Positions 18,283-28,056 of a stretch of DNA of 64,000 bases are shown piece by piece (the first letter of the stretch is position 1; every line of letters begins with the position of its first letter). The stretch spans positions 224,001 through 288,000 of the forward strand of contig JBOEGF010000013.1 in assembly GCA_050633305.1 (NCBI GenBank). The letters are read 5' to 3'. The translations under genes were made by a program, and so were the position numbers. Under the pieces are notes generated by a model, which was given only the letters and a program-made list of their open reading frames with translations, had not been told where the DNA came from and made no database searches. This DNA comes from Nannocystales bacterium. Lineage in GTDB: Bacteria > Myxococcota_A > Polyangia > Nannocystales > Nannocystaceae.

Positions 18283-19045
18283 TTCAGATGGCTTGCCCGA
18301 CCTGCCCGAAGTTCCTCCGACTCAGCAGATGCAGGAGCTGTTCGACGCGTACCGCGATCAGACCCATCGCAGTGCCGCCGAGGTGGAGTCCGCGTTGCAG
18401 TCGGTCGCGACTCAAGTCGGTACAGCAGGTCTATCCGCGACCGCCGCAGGTCTATCCACGACCGCGAAGCTCGGGTGGGCAGCGGCGGTGCTTGGCGTCG
18501 TCGGGGTCATCGGACTCGCCGTCGCCAGCCCCGACCCCCAACCCGACCGACAACCCGATCCCCACAACGAGCCAGCCGCCCCCACCACCCCCGTGACCAG
18601 CGGCCCCACGCCCCCGCCCCTCGTCGACAAGGCCGAGCCCCCTTATCCCCGCACGTCGGCTCCCCCCGAGCCCCCGCCCGAGGAAGACACTGCGGCCCTC
18701 GACAGTCCCAGCCCCACCCGCCACAAGCCCAAGCCCAAGCCCAAAGCAGCGGCCAAACCGATGCCAACCAAGCCGGCCCCAGCAGACACGTTGGCGGAAG
18801 AGCTTCTGAAGCTGCAGCGGATTCGCGCCGCCCTTCGCACGGGTGCGCCTGCCCGAGCCCGATCCCTCATCGAGGCGCATCGCCGGGACCACCCCAACAG
18901 CAGCCTCGCCCGAGAACGCGACGCAACCGAGATTGCAGCGCTGTGTGCCGAGAAACGTGACGCCGACGCAAAGCGAAAGGCAGCCGCGTTCGCAAAGGCC
19001 TATCCTGGGTCGAGCCAGAACCTGCTCTCCGACTGCGATGGTTGA
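18272..19045 (+). CDS. Membrane anti-sigma-like protein with Pro-rich linker and TPR-like C-terminus
   Basis: TM helix; LAEE..L..IRAALR.G...A......H...HP.SSLA.ER....I.ALC motif; overlaps the sigma factor stop. Confidence 0.85.
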   Translation: MTDDSDGLPDLPEVPPTQQMQELFDAYRDQTHRSAAEVESALQSVATQVGTAGLSATAAGLSTTAKLGWAAAVLGVVGVIGLAVASPDPQPDRQPDPHNEPAAPTTPVTSGPTPPPLVDKAEPPYPRTSAPPEPPPEEDTAALDSPSPTRHKPKPKPKAAAKPMPTKPAPADTLAEELLKLQRIRAALRTGAPARARSLIEAHRRDHPNSSLARERDATEIAALCAEKRDADAKRKAAAFAKAYPGSSQNLLSDCDG

Positions 19046-20099
19046 CCCACAACACGCCGCCTTGCTCCCCCTGTTGCTCGGCGCGTGCGTCGTCACGGGC
19101 AACGCCGGTCAATTCGACGGCGGCACGAGCACCTCGGGCGTAGGCGTCGGGCCCACAACCTCCGAACTCGCCTCCGAGGCCAGCACGTTCGCCGACTCGG
19201 AGAAGCTCGACGTGCAGACGCGCGATGTTCCCGCGATGGAATGCAGCTCGCTCGAGCAAACGACGACCATCCTCGAACGCCCCTCCGACATCGTGGTCGT
19301 GGTCGACGACGACGTCTCTCGCGAGCTTGTGCAATCCAACATCACCAACCTCCTGCCAGCGATGGAGACACAGGGGGTCTTCGACGCCAACGTGGTCCTG
19401 GTCGTCGATGGCCCGGCTCCCTCAGACGAGGGCTCGTGTGGAGCGTGGAACTGCCGAGGCGCGGCCGACTTCGCTGCGTTCAGCGTGGTTCAACACCCCG
19501 TCGAGTCGGGCATGCTGGTGTCCGACCTGCTCCAAGCGGAGGACTTGTGGGGCCCCATGCTTCGGGACGCGTCTTGGAAACACATCTGGGTCCTCTCCAC
19601 CACCCAGAGTGATGCGAGCGGCTCACTCGACGACATGCTGGACCAGCTCATCGACGCCACGGACCACGGCATGGTGCTGCACGCGGTCATTTCGGCGGAT
19701 GGCAACGGCGACCCGAGTGGTTTCGCGGGCCTCGCCGAGCGCACCGGAGGCGTCTACGCCCAGGGCGACTTCGTTCTGAGCGACTTCATCGACCCCATGA
19801 TCGAGCGCATCCGGGGAACCTCGCTCGCATGCGAATACGACATCCCCGCGTCCCCGACAGGACTCATCTTCGAGCCTGGCAAGATCAACGTCGACTACGA
19901 CGACGGCAACGGGCTGCAGGTTGTCGGCAACGTGGAGGCCGCCGACAACTGCACCACCGTTGCAGGTGGTTGGTACTACGACGACCCGGTCGCACCGGAG
20001 CAGATCATCATGTGTCCACAAACCTGCGCGCGCTTCGAAGCCCTCGATGAGGCGAGCATCGAGATCCGCTTCGGCTGCACGACCATCCCCGCGGCGTAG
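19038..20099 (+). CDS. vWA-like lipoprotein
   Basis: LLGAC lipobox; PSDIVVVVD; LAERTGG; C-terminal CEYDIP...KINV.Y...GGWYYDDP..P..I.MCP.TC...FGC.T. Confidence 0.85.
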   Translation: MVDPQHAALLPLLLGACVVTGNAGQFDGGTSTSGVGVGPTTSELASEASTFADSEKLDVQTRDVPAMECSSLEQTTTILERPSDIVVVVDDDVSRELVQSNITNLLPAMETQGVFDANVVLVVDGPAPSDEGSCGAWNCRGAADFAAFSVVQHPVESGMLVSDLLQAEDLWGPMLRDASWKHIWVLSTTQSDASGSLDDMLDQLIDATDHGMVLHAVISADGNGDPSGFAGLAERTGGVYAQGDFVLSDFIDPMIERIRGTSLACEYDIPASPTGLIFEPGKINVDYDDGNGLQVVGNVEAADNCTTVAGGWYYDDPVAPEQIIMCPQTCARFEALDEASIEIRFGCTTIPAA

Positions 20100-20210
20100 C
20101 GACAGCGCGTCCACGCCGGCGGACGAATCCTCGGGCGGGTCCCCTCTTCCCCCTGAACCGTGGATGCTGAGGGGTCGCCTTCCTCGCTCCGCACGTGGTC
20201 GCTCGCATCA
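19926..20210. repeat. Diverged direct repeat, copy 1 (intact 3' end of the vWA lipoprotein plus degenerate 3' end of the AI-2E gene)
   Basis: GGCAACGTGGAGGCCG..GACAACTGCACC.CCGTTGCAGG.GGTTGGTACTACGACGACCCG ... GGCGGACGAATCCTCGGG ... GGGGTCGCC.TCCTCG shared with 34606-34850. Confidence 0.9.
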
Positions 20211-20431
20211 GGAGCCCACGACGGCGAAGACTGCCTCGAGAGGTTCGGCCAGGCCCCCGACATCGGCCTGTTCGAACTCGCCTACGACCCCCTCTCAGTC
20301 GAGCATCTTGAATCGGGGCGACCTGTGCCCAGATGACCCCGCACACCCTCCTGGCCCGGCGATGTGCCCTCGTGCCTCCGCGGGCGGGTCACACCGCCCG
20401 CCGTCATCCGCAGAAACCGAGCTCGGGCCCC

Positions 20432-21781
20432 CTACAAGTCTCGGAACCAGCGCCGGGTCGGGGTGTTGTTGCACGTTGCGGAGAGGAACGCCCGATCCCC
20501 CGACGTCGAGGCTCGAACACACCGATCGTCCATCCGACGAAGCCTGTCGCCATAACCGGCCCCCGTCGTGGTGGTCCAGAACAGGTGGCTGAACTCCGCC
20601 GTACACGGCACCTGCAGCATGTCGTCATTCTCGTCGACGCCCAGACAATGACGGCTGTACTCGTTGACAAAGACGTCCCGTGTGGTCCCCGGCGGCCGCC
20701 ACGTGTACCACCGCCGCGACGACGTGTTGCTGCAGCTCGACAGGTGTACTCGAGCCCCGGGTGAGCGTGACGCACCGAACGGCCGCAGGCACAGGTCCCT
20801 CCATTCGTTTCGAAGCTTGAACGTCGGGGGAGCACCGGTCACCTGGCGGGTCACGCCCGCGAGATCCAAGTCGGTGAGAGTATTGGACGCGAAGAACGTG
20901 CAGCCTGTGGAGGTGTCGAACGGTGCACAACCCGTCCTCACCATGACAGGGACCGAAGAGTCGTTCGCGAGCGACGCTCCCATGAACGAGTCGTAGTGCA
21001 TGATCGAGTTGATGTCGTAGGCTCCGAAGTTCAGCCCCGTCACCCCACTGAACAAGTAGGTATAATACTGCGATTCTTTTCCAGCCGGCACATTGGCCCA
21101 GTTGATCGAGATATGGCTATCTCGATCGGTTCGGGAGTGCTCGTGAAAGAGCCCGACACTGTGCCCGATCTCGTGCAGGATCGCCGACTTCCCGCACGCC
21201 GTCGTCAGCCGAACTTCCTGGGCCCCAATGCCGAACTGCATCCCCAACGGCGAACTGCAGGTCGAGTTGCTCCCCGCCGGCTGCCACGTGAAGCGAACAA
21301 ACTTCTGAAACGGGTTCGACGTGTCACGGGGCACGAACTGAATCAAGCTCTGATCGTTCCAATCGTCGATCGCGTCCTCCACCCGGTCCCGAAGGGTCCC
21401 GATAACCACAATCTCATAGGGAATGGTGCCGTTGGGCCACCCTTGCGTGTGGGCGAGCGCGCTGCGAAAGCCCGGGTCGTCGGGATTCTCTTCGTACAAT
21501 GCGGACGCCTCGGCCACCTCGTCGGCGTCGCCCAGCACGATGTCGCCCTGCCACACCGCGTCGCCGTTGTCGACCTCGTACGCCACCTGCATCGGTTCTT
21601 CCCCAAAGTCGACCCACGCCAGATGAGTCCCCTCGGGGATGTCGTAGCGGTCTTCGACATTGAGCTCCTCCACCGCCTCCTCCTTCGCCGAGGCATTCTC
21701 TTGTGAAGCACACCCGGCCGCGACCGGGGACAGACAAAGTGCGCCAACGGCACACAGCGACGCCAAGTAGAGTCGGTTCAT
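20432..21781 (-). CDS. Astacin (M12A) metalloprotease with a C-terminal ricin-B-type lectin domain
   Basis: WQGDIVL propeptide, WPNGTIPY, HEIGHSVGLFHEH, SIMHY; C-terminal CL...C...W trefoil repeats. Confidence 0.92.
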   Translation of the reverse strand: MNRLYLASLCAVGALCLSPVAAGCASQENASAKEEAVEELNVEDRYDIPEGTHLAWVDFGEEPMQVAYEVDNGDAVWQGDIVLGDADEVAEASALYEENPDDPGFRSALAHTQGWPNGTIPYEIVVIGTLRDRVEDAIDDWNDQSLIQFVPRDTSNPFQKFVRFTWQPAGSNSTCSSPLGMQFGIGAQEVRLTTACGKSAILHEIGHSVGLFHEHSRTDRDSHISINWANVPAGKESQYYTYLFSGVTGLNFGAYDINSIMHYDSFMGASLANDSSVPVMVRTGCAPFDTSTGCTFFASNTLTDLDLAGVTRQVTGAPPTFKLRNEWRDLCLRPFGASRSPGARVHLSSCSNTSSRRWYTWRPPGTTRDVFVNEYSRHCLGVDENDDMLQVPCTAEFSHLFWTTTTGAGYGDRLRRMDDRCVRASTSGDRAFLSATCNNTPTRRWFRDL

Positions 21782-22183
21782 GCCGCGGCTGTTGCCGGAG
21801 GCAGACATCCGCTCCCGAGAAAATGAAAGAAGTTCGGGGGGCGCTCGGTACCATGGTCTCAGTGCCGTTCTCGAAGCGCGGGCCCCGGAGCGATGTAGGG
21901 TGACGAGTCCGGCGGGCCGGGAGACTCCGAACGCGACGAAGGGCGCGTTCGGTCAGGTTCCGTTCGACGATCCCGGCCGTGACATGAGGGGTGGCCGGTC
22001 TGGTGAGAAAGAGGGCGACGCGGGGAGAGCGGCTGGAACGGGTGCGGTCGTGGACCAACGCGAGGGACGGTCCTCTGGCCCGTTTCGCGGGACCGACGTG
22101 AAGTCAGTCGGAGACCGCTTCGTTCTCGATGACATCGCCATACAGTCCTACGTTGCTCTCGACCTCTGGGAGGAGAGACAACG

Positions 22184-23251
22184 ATGCCCACGCTCAGAAT
22201 CGCGATCGTCAAGGAAGACAAGAGCCGCCCCTACTCCTGGCGAGAGAAGATCGACGCACTACGACGTCCTCTCGACCATCTCAGCTCGGCGGACGTCGGC
22301 CTGCTGGTCGCGCCTGAGTACTTCTTCCGATACAGCTGGAGCACGGCGGCCGTCTCGCACTTCATGTCGGAGGCTGACAAGCGGGCAATTCAAGGAGACC
22401 TCGAGGCACTCTCCAAGCGATACCCCAACGCCATTCTGATCCCCGGAACGACGGCTTGGCGACAGCCCGCCGCCGAGCGGAGTGGCCTGCTCGGAGCGGT
22501 CCAATCACAGGGTCCGGGCTACTTTCACGGTTCCGTCGGAGTCTCGCAGGAGGAGAAGTTCAACCGGGTCGTCGCGACGAATACTGGCGGTGCTGGAAGT
22601 GGAGGGGCGTTGAGGGAGGTCCGCTACAACTCGGCCTACGTCTATTCGGATGGTCGCCGGGGTGCGGTCGACAAGAGAGGAGACTACAAGGAGTCCCGAT
22701 CGTCGTCGGTGCTCGTCCACGACCACGACAACCCTATCCTCGACATCAACGTGCGCGGGCGCACCATTCGGCTCGGACTCGAGGTCTGCCTCGACCATGC
22801 GATGGGCAAGCTCGCCAACCACGTGGACAGGTACCCAGGGCTTGCCCCGGATGTGCACATCATCCTGTCGGACTTCGCAACGAACCAGCGGCAGTTCTTC
22901 CGCACCAAACCAGGGGGCATCGTCGTCCATGCCTCCACGGCGGCCCGTGCAGTCTCCCCCAGCCATCGCTACACCGAGGTGGCTCTGAACGGGGTGCCCA
23001 CTGGCTACTGGGACTCGAAGTACGGGGCGTGGGTCGCGAACCCGGCATCACGGCGACTCTCACCGAACCCCTCAGGACCGGTGACACATATGCCCGTCCC
23101 AGGGACGACGATGGTGAGTTCGAGCCGACCTGCGAATCGCGACTCACGCGTCACGAACGTGTTCCAAAAGGCGGGAGGCGGCTGGAGGAGCCTCAAGGTG
23201 AGCCACGCGCCAGGGCACTACTTCACCGTGATCAACGCCCTACTCGCTTGA
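22184..23251 (+). CDS. Carbon-nitrogen hydrolase (nitrilase-fold) protein, divergent
   Basis: APEYFF (Glu), LIPGT, YNSAYVY..DK (Lys), GLEVCLDH (Cys); GGAGGAG RBS. Confidence 0.8.
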   Translation: MPTLRIAIVKEDKSRPYSWREKIDALRRPLDHLSSADVGLLVAPEYFFRYSWSTAAVSHFMSEADKRAIQGDLEALSKRYPNAILIPGTTAWRQPAAERSGLLGAVQSQGPGYFHGSVGVSQEEKFNRVVATNTGGAGSGGALREVRYNSAYVYSDGRRGAVDKRGDYKESRSSSVLVHDHDNPILDINVRGRTIRLGLEVCLDHAMGKLANHVDRYPGLAPDVHIILSDFATNQRQFFRTKPGGIVVHASTAARAVSPSHRYTEVALNGVPTGYWDSKYGAWVANPASRRLSPNPSGPVTHMPVPGTTMVSSSRPANRDSRVTNVFQKAGGGWRSLKVSHAPGHYFTVINALLA

Positions 23252-23479
23252 GCTCGGAGTCGCCCCTCCCATCGATCGTCGCTCAATCGCGCAACGGCTG
23301 ATCCGGACCCGTCGACGGACCCCGCGGCCGACCTACTGTGCGGTGCTGCGCGACCCGACACTGCTGCGCGACCGCAGCTGCCCGGGCTCGCCGGCTGCAC
23401 TTGTGCTCGCCGGAGCGGGGCAACGACTCGCGCTCGCGGTGGACGATCGAGACTCCGACTTCGACCGGCTCAACAACCC

Positions 23480-23770
23480 CGCAGACACCTGCGACACAAG
23501 CGGATGGAGATGGCGATGGGACCGGCGAAGCGTGCGAGGTCGGGAGCGACTGCTGCGACACCGCGACCACTTCCAGCTGTGGTGATGCATCGGTCAGCAG
23601 GTGGGTGTGTGCGGTGGACCCGTATTGCGGCCAAGACCAGTGGGACGCCCAGAGCGTCTCCGAGGTGACGAGCCTGGGCTGTGGCACCTGCGGTTCGGGT
23701 AGCTGCTGCACTGCCAACGGAACACCCGCCTGTGACGACGCCGGCGTGACGGCCTGTGACTGCTCTCGGC
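23480..23770 (+). pseudogene. Degenerate fragment of a myxobacterial Cys-rich repeat protein
   Basis: CC...C.DASV...VC.VDPYC....WD...GSCC.ANGTP.CDD..V..C with several expected Cys lost; no credible start. Confidence 0.5.
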
Positions 23771-23861
23771 CGCCCTCGTTCTCCCGCCGCCGCGACCCGA
23801 TCTGGCCGTCGCCCCGTCGGTTTCTGCTGACGCTGCCGGGGATTCGTGTCAGCTTGAAGGC

Positions 23862-24752
23862 ATGAGGCTACGAATCGTGACACTCGTAGTCTCGGTCGTC
23901 GCCTGGATCGGCTGCCTACGGACCAGTTACGCTAGCGAGCCGTCGACGGCCGAGAACCCGCCCCCGTTCGAGCGCGAGCCGGCGAGCCGGTCGCCTTCGA
24001 GCGCCGGCGAGTCGGGTACCGTCGCACGGACCCTCCCCAATACCGCGCCCTTTGGGCCGTCCCGACGAGGCGAATGGCGCATCGACGCCAACGTGCCGCA
24101 AGCGCCACCGGCCACGGAGCACATCTACGGTGGCGATGAGCCGACGCCTGCACCCACGACCCCGTATCGTCGGTACGCGGCACACCCCTACGACAATGGG
24201 AGCAAGGGCTATGTGTTGCGCGGATCGGCGGGTGCGAACGAACGCCTGCCCGGACGCCTGTACACCGGGCAGCTCGCGGTCGAGGGTGGGCAGTCCGGAC
24301 CAGCGCAAGCCCGGACCACGCTGGCCTTACGGTTCGGGTTTTGGCGGCTGGGGTTCGACGCAAACGTTGACTCGCACTTCACCGGTTCGGGCACCCAGCA
24401 AAGGCCCCTGCGCACCGCGCTCGTGACGGGAAGCACCAACGCTGTGCTTGCGCCGGTGCTTCAGCCAAAGCTGATGTGGTGGATTGGCGGAGGCCTCAAC
24501 TACGCAGCCTTGTCACCGGGGGTGCGCGTGGGGCCCAACCTCACTTCGACGATCAACGCATTTCCCCGGCGGCCGCTGGTGATGTCGGCGCGCGCTGATC
24601 TCGGGGTCATCGACGGCAAGCCCGTGGTTGCCGGGCGCGGGAGCATCGGCTTCGTGCTGAAGAACTTCGAACTCTACGCGGGCTACGAAGCGAGGCGACT
24701 CGGCGACCTCCTGTTGCAGGGGCCGATGGTGGGGGCACGGGCATGGTTCTGA
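23862..24752 (+). CDS. Secreted protein, probable outer-membrane beta-barrel
   Basis: Signal peptide; amphipathic strands ending GPMVGARAWF (terminal Phe). Confidence 0.75.
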   Translation: MRLRIVTLVVSVVAWIGCLRTSYASEPSTAENPPPFEREPASRSPSSAGESGTVARTLPNTAPFGPSRRGEWRIDANVPQAPPATEHIYGGDEPTPAPTTPYRRYAAHPYDNGSKGYVLRGSAGANERLPGRLYTGQLAVEGGQSGPAQARTTLALRFGFWRLGFDANVDSHFTGSGTQQRPLRTALVTGSTNAVLAPVLQPKLMWWIGGGLNYAALSPGVRVGPNLTSTINAFPRRPLVMSARADLGVIDGKPVVAGRGSIGFVLKNFELYAGYEARRLGDLLLQGPMVGARAWF

Positions 24753-25498
24753 CCGGCCGGCTGCTGGCGTCGTTCCTGCTGGCGACGTCCGCGTGGATGA
24801 TGGCGTGCCGAGTCGCGAAGCCAAACCAGCGCGGAGCCTCCAACCCCGGCACCGAGTTCCTGGCGGCCGCGTATCGGGAGTTCCATGCGCCCTGTCAGGA
24901 CGGATCGGTCGAGGCGTGCGTCAATCTCGGGCGCGCCGGACTCGAGTACGGAGGCCTCAGTGCCGGCGTGCCGTGGTTGATCGAAGCGTGTGATCTCGAA
25001 CCCCAGGCGTGTGTCGCCTTGGGCGATGCCGTCATCGGACGACGGGCCAACGCCTCCGACCCTGACCTGGCCGCACTCGCCTACCGGCGAGCCTGTGAAG
25101 CCAACCACGACGGCGCTTGTTACGAACTCGCGGTGCTCTACTATCTCGGCCTGGGCGTCGAGGTCGACGACCCACTCTCTGCCCGCCTGCACCACGCCGC
25201 CTGTGACGGCGGTATCCCCGAGGGGTGTGCCTACCTCGTGTTCCTCTACGATCGGGGGTTCGGCGTCCAGACCAGCACCGTCGCCTCGGCGTACTACCGC
25301 GAGGTCGCATGCGATCGCGGCTACGAAGACATGTGCCAGGGCCGCGAGGGCAGCAGCACCTTGGCCGAGGCCGCCGCCCCTGCACCCGAGCCCGAGCCCG
25401 AGCCCACCGCTCCTGTCGTCGCCGAGCCCCCACGAACACAGCCGCCCCGCACGATCCGGCTCAAGCCGACCACCGCACCACCACCGTCGGCGGACTAA
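24743..25498 (+). CDS. Sel1-like repeat lipoprotein
   Basis: Repeated AC..LG/LA..Y..G.GV....A...Y..AC. Confidence 0.85.
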   Translation: MVLTGRLLASFLLATSAWMMACRVAKPNQRGASNPGTEFLAAAYREFHAPCQDGSVEACVNLGRAGLEYGGLSAGVPWLIEACDLEPQACVALGDAVIGRRANASDPDLAALAYRRACEANHDGACYELAVLYYLGLGVEVDDPLSARLHHAACDGGIPEGCAYLVFLYDRGFGVQTSTVASAYYREVACDRGYEDMCQGREGSSTLAEAAAPAPEPEPEPTAPVVAEPPRTQPPRTIRLKPTTAPPPSAD

Positions 25499-25678
25499 CC
25501 CCGACACGCTGGCCGTCGATACCTACGATCAGCTCCAGGCGCCATACACCGACTCCGACATGACCGGCTGGGCTCTGCAGAACACCAGCTGCGTGCGGCC
25601 TCAAGGTTGAGTCAGGGCGCCGAGCGCGGAACGACACAGCTCGAGGCTCAAGTTCCGCGGCGATACGCCGTTGTCTGA

Positions 25679-27379
25679 GTGATGCCCGAGCAAGGCGACG
25701 ACCAGCGCGTTATCGCGCAACTCCGCGCCGAGCTGGAGTATTATCGCGACAAGGCCATCAAGCTCGACGAGCGTGTGTTCCAAATGCGGGCACTTCTGCA
25801 GTCGGGCAAGGGCTTCTCCGAGATCCTCAATCTCGACGCATTGATGCAGGCCTTCATGGCGGTTTGCCGGGAGCGATACGGTGTCCGGAGCTCGGCCGTC
25901 TTGCTCGTCGACGACCTTGACGCGGACAACGTGTTCTTGCGAACGCGTGCCTACCACGGGCTTCCGGACACGTTCACTGGCCACGACGGTGAGTGCGAGG
26001 AGCTGCTCTTGTACCGGATCCCCCAAGATGACGGTTTGTTGTGGCAGATGATCAAACAGGGGGAGGCGTTCAGCGTTCGCGACCTCGACGGCCAGCCCAG
26101 GTACACCACGGCGAACGAGCGCTGGAACCTCGAAGTGTTTCAGTCGAGCGTCTGGCTCCCGTTGCTGAGAGGCGGTCGGGTGCTCGGGATTCTGACGCTG
26201 GGTGAGTGCGAAGATGGCTCCCAGATCAACGAGTGGGACTACCACTTCCTGGACGAGATCGCGGCCGTTGCTGCGACCAATATCGACTCCACTCTCAAAT
26301 ACGAGAAGAACGAACGCATCCTCAACAACCTACGCACCCTGTACGACGTCAACCAACAGCTGGCGAACGTCAACGACTTCAAGCTGCTCACGATCGAGAC
26401 GCTGCGGACTGCCGTCGAAGCGCTCCATGCTCAAAAGGCAAACTTGATGCTCTACGACACCGACCGCAAACTGCTGGAGATCAAGGTCGTGTGGGGAAGC
26501 ATTCCCAAGCAAACGCGCGATGCGATCAACGACGGACGTCTGAGCACCAAGAGTTTTGCCCTTGGGGAGGGCGTCGCGGGCCTCGCCGCCGAAACCCGCA
26601 AGCCGGTCCGTCGCAACGACCGCCAGAATATCGAGCAGCTTGGTCGCAACACCGTGCACTGCATCATGAGCGTTCCGCTGCTGTACGGCGGAAAAGTCAT
26701 GGGTGTGATGACGCTGACCAACCGCACCAAGACCGACAAGGACGGGACCGAGGTCCTCAACCCCATGGGCAGGTTCGACGCCGAGGACCAGCAGCTCCTG
26801 CTGGGGCTCGCCGACCAGGCGGCGGTCAACCTGCACAAGGCGCGTCTGTACGACGCATCGATTACCGATCGCCTGACCGGGCTGTACAACGCACGGCATT
26901 TCGAACAACAGATAGGCGACGGCATCGAGACCGCGGCCGATTCCGACGAACCGCTGTGCCTGGCCATCATGGACATCGACCACTTCAAGCGGTTCAACGA
27001 CACGCATGGACACACGGCCGGGGATTTCGTGCTCGCGGAGACGGCGGCTCTCTTCAATGCAACGCGGCGCGAAGGAGGCAAAGACGCATGTTTCCGCTAC
27101 GGCGGAGAAGAGTTCTGCATGGTCCTCCCCAACACGACACTCGCCGAAGCACTCGAGATGCTGGAGGCCTTTCGCGAAGACGTGGCCAGGGCAACGTTCA
27201 ACTTCGCAGGCGAAGACCTACAGGTGACCGTCTCGGTGGGCGTTGCTTGCTTCCCCGACGACGGAACCACCGGCCCCCTGCTGTTCAAGCAAGCCGACAA
27301 GGCACTCTTCGCGGCCAAGGAAGCGGGCCGCAACCGAGTCATGCACCTCCAGGCGAAGCGCTGCGTGGCCGTCGTGTGA
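25679..27379 (+). CDS. GAF-GAF-GGDEF diguanylate cyclase
   Basis: Two GAF regions; TDRLTGLYN, DIDHFKRFNDTHGH..GD, RYGGEEF, ADKALFAAK..GRN. Confidence 0.95.
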   Translation: MMPEQGDDQRVIAQLRAELEYYRDKAIKLDERVFQMRALLQSGKGFSEILNLDALMQAFMAVCRERYGVRSSAVLLVDDLDADNVFLRTRAYHGLPDTFTGHDGECEELLLYRIPQDDGLLWQMIKQGEAFSVRDLDGQPRYTTANERWNLEVFQSSVWLPLLRGGRVLGILTLGECEDGSQINEWDYHFLDEIAAVAATNIDSTLKYEKNERILNNLRTLYDVNQQLANVNDFKLLTIETLRTAVEALHAQKANLMLYDTDRKLLEIKVVWGSIPKQTRDAINDGRLSTKSFALGEGVAGLAAETRKPVRRNDRQNIEQLGRNTVHCIMSVPLLYGGKVMGVMTLTNRTKTDKDGTEVLNPMGRFDAEDQQLLLGLADQAAVNLHKARLYDASITDRLTGLYNARHFEQQIGDGIETAADSDEPLCLAIMDIDHFKRFNDTHGHTAGDFVLAETAALFNATRREGGKDACFRYGGEEFCMVLPNTTLAEALEMLEAFREDVARATFNFAGEDLQVTVSVGVACFPDDGTTGPLLFKQADKALFAAKEAGRNRVMHLQAKRCVAVV

Positions 27380-27629
27380 TCCGGGCGCGCCCCTCGAGCG
27401 ATCGGCGCTGACGACTGTCCTCCTGCGAGGGCCGGGTCGCGTTCTCAAAGCGGACCTCGTCGGATCACAGCCAGACAGCCATTCTCCAACACGAGCGTCT
27501 CGTCGTAGGTGAATGCGCCATCCCCTGGCTCGAGCCCCCGCGTGGCGAGGTACTCGATCGCTCGGTGCGATCCCAGGACGGTGGCGGAGGAGACGGACTC
27601 GTGCTCGACCGCAAGAGCGGTTTGCCTCT

Positions 27630-28040
27630 CTAAAGCCCTGTCTTGGCCCGGTATCGCTCAACCCACGAAAAGTCTCCGAGCAGAACATGCTCGAGCCGAG
27701 CCAGCACGGTCGTGCAGATGTCATGCACACCATGCCGGGCTTTGTCGACCGACCCCACGGGCGACTCGTCTCGAAACAGTTTTCGGGCGCCTTGGGCGTC
27801 GGACCCAGGTGGTGCAACCATCATGGCATGCGCGAGGCCGAGACTCATCTTCACCCCGGTGTTCTCAGGCAGGAACTCGAGCCGAACGTCGCCCTCCGGG
27901 CCTTCGGCGAAATACAACGTACACAACGGGAACTTCAGCATCATCCCGTCGGGCAGGTCGCTCTCGACGGTGTACGTCGCCGGCCACTGGAAGGTGTCCA
28001 CAACTTCTCGGAACGCTGTCTCGGAAAGATAGGTCTTCAT
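27630..28040 (-). CDS. Putative immunity protein
   Basis: 136 aa, 16 bp downstream of the toxin-like gene; C-terminal LLGDFSWV..Y motif. Confidence 0.65.
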   Translation of the reverse strand: MKTYLSETAFREVVDTFQWPATYTVESDLPDGMMLKFPLCTLYFAEGPEGDVRLEFLPENTGVKMSLGLAHAMMVAPPGSDAQGARKLFRDESPVGSVDKARHGVHDICTTVLARLEHVLLGDFSWVERYRAKTGL

Positions 28041-28056
28041 ACGAGCGTGTCTTTCA

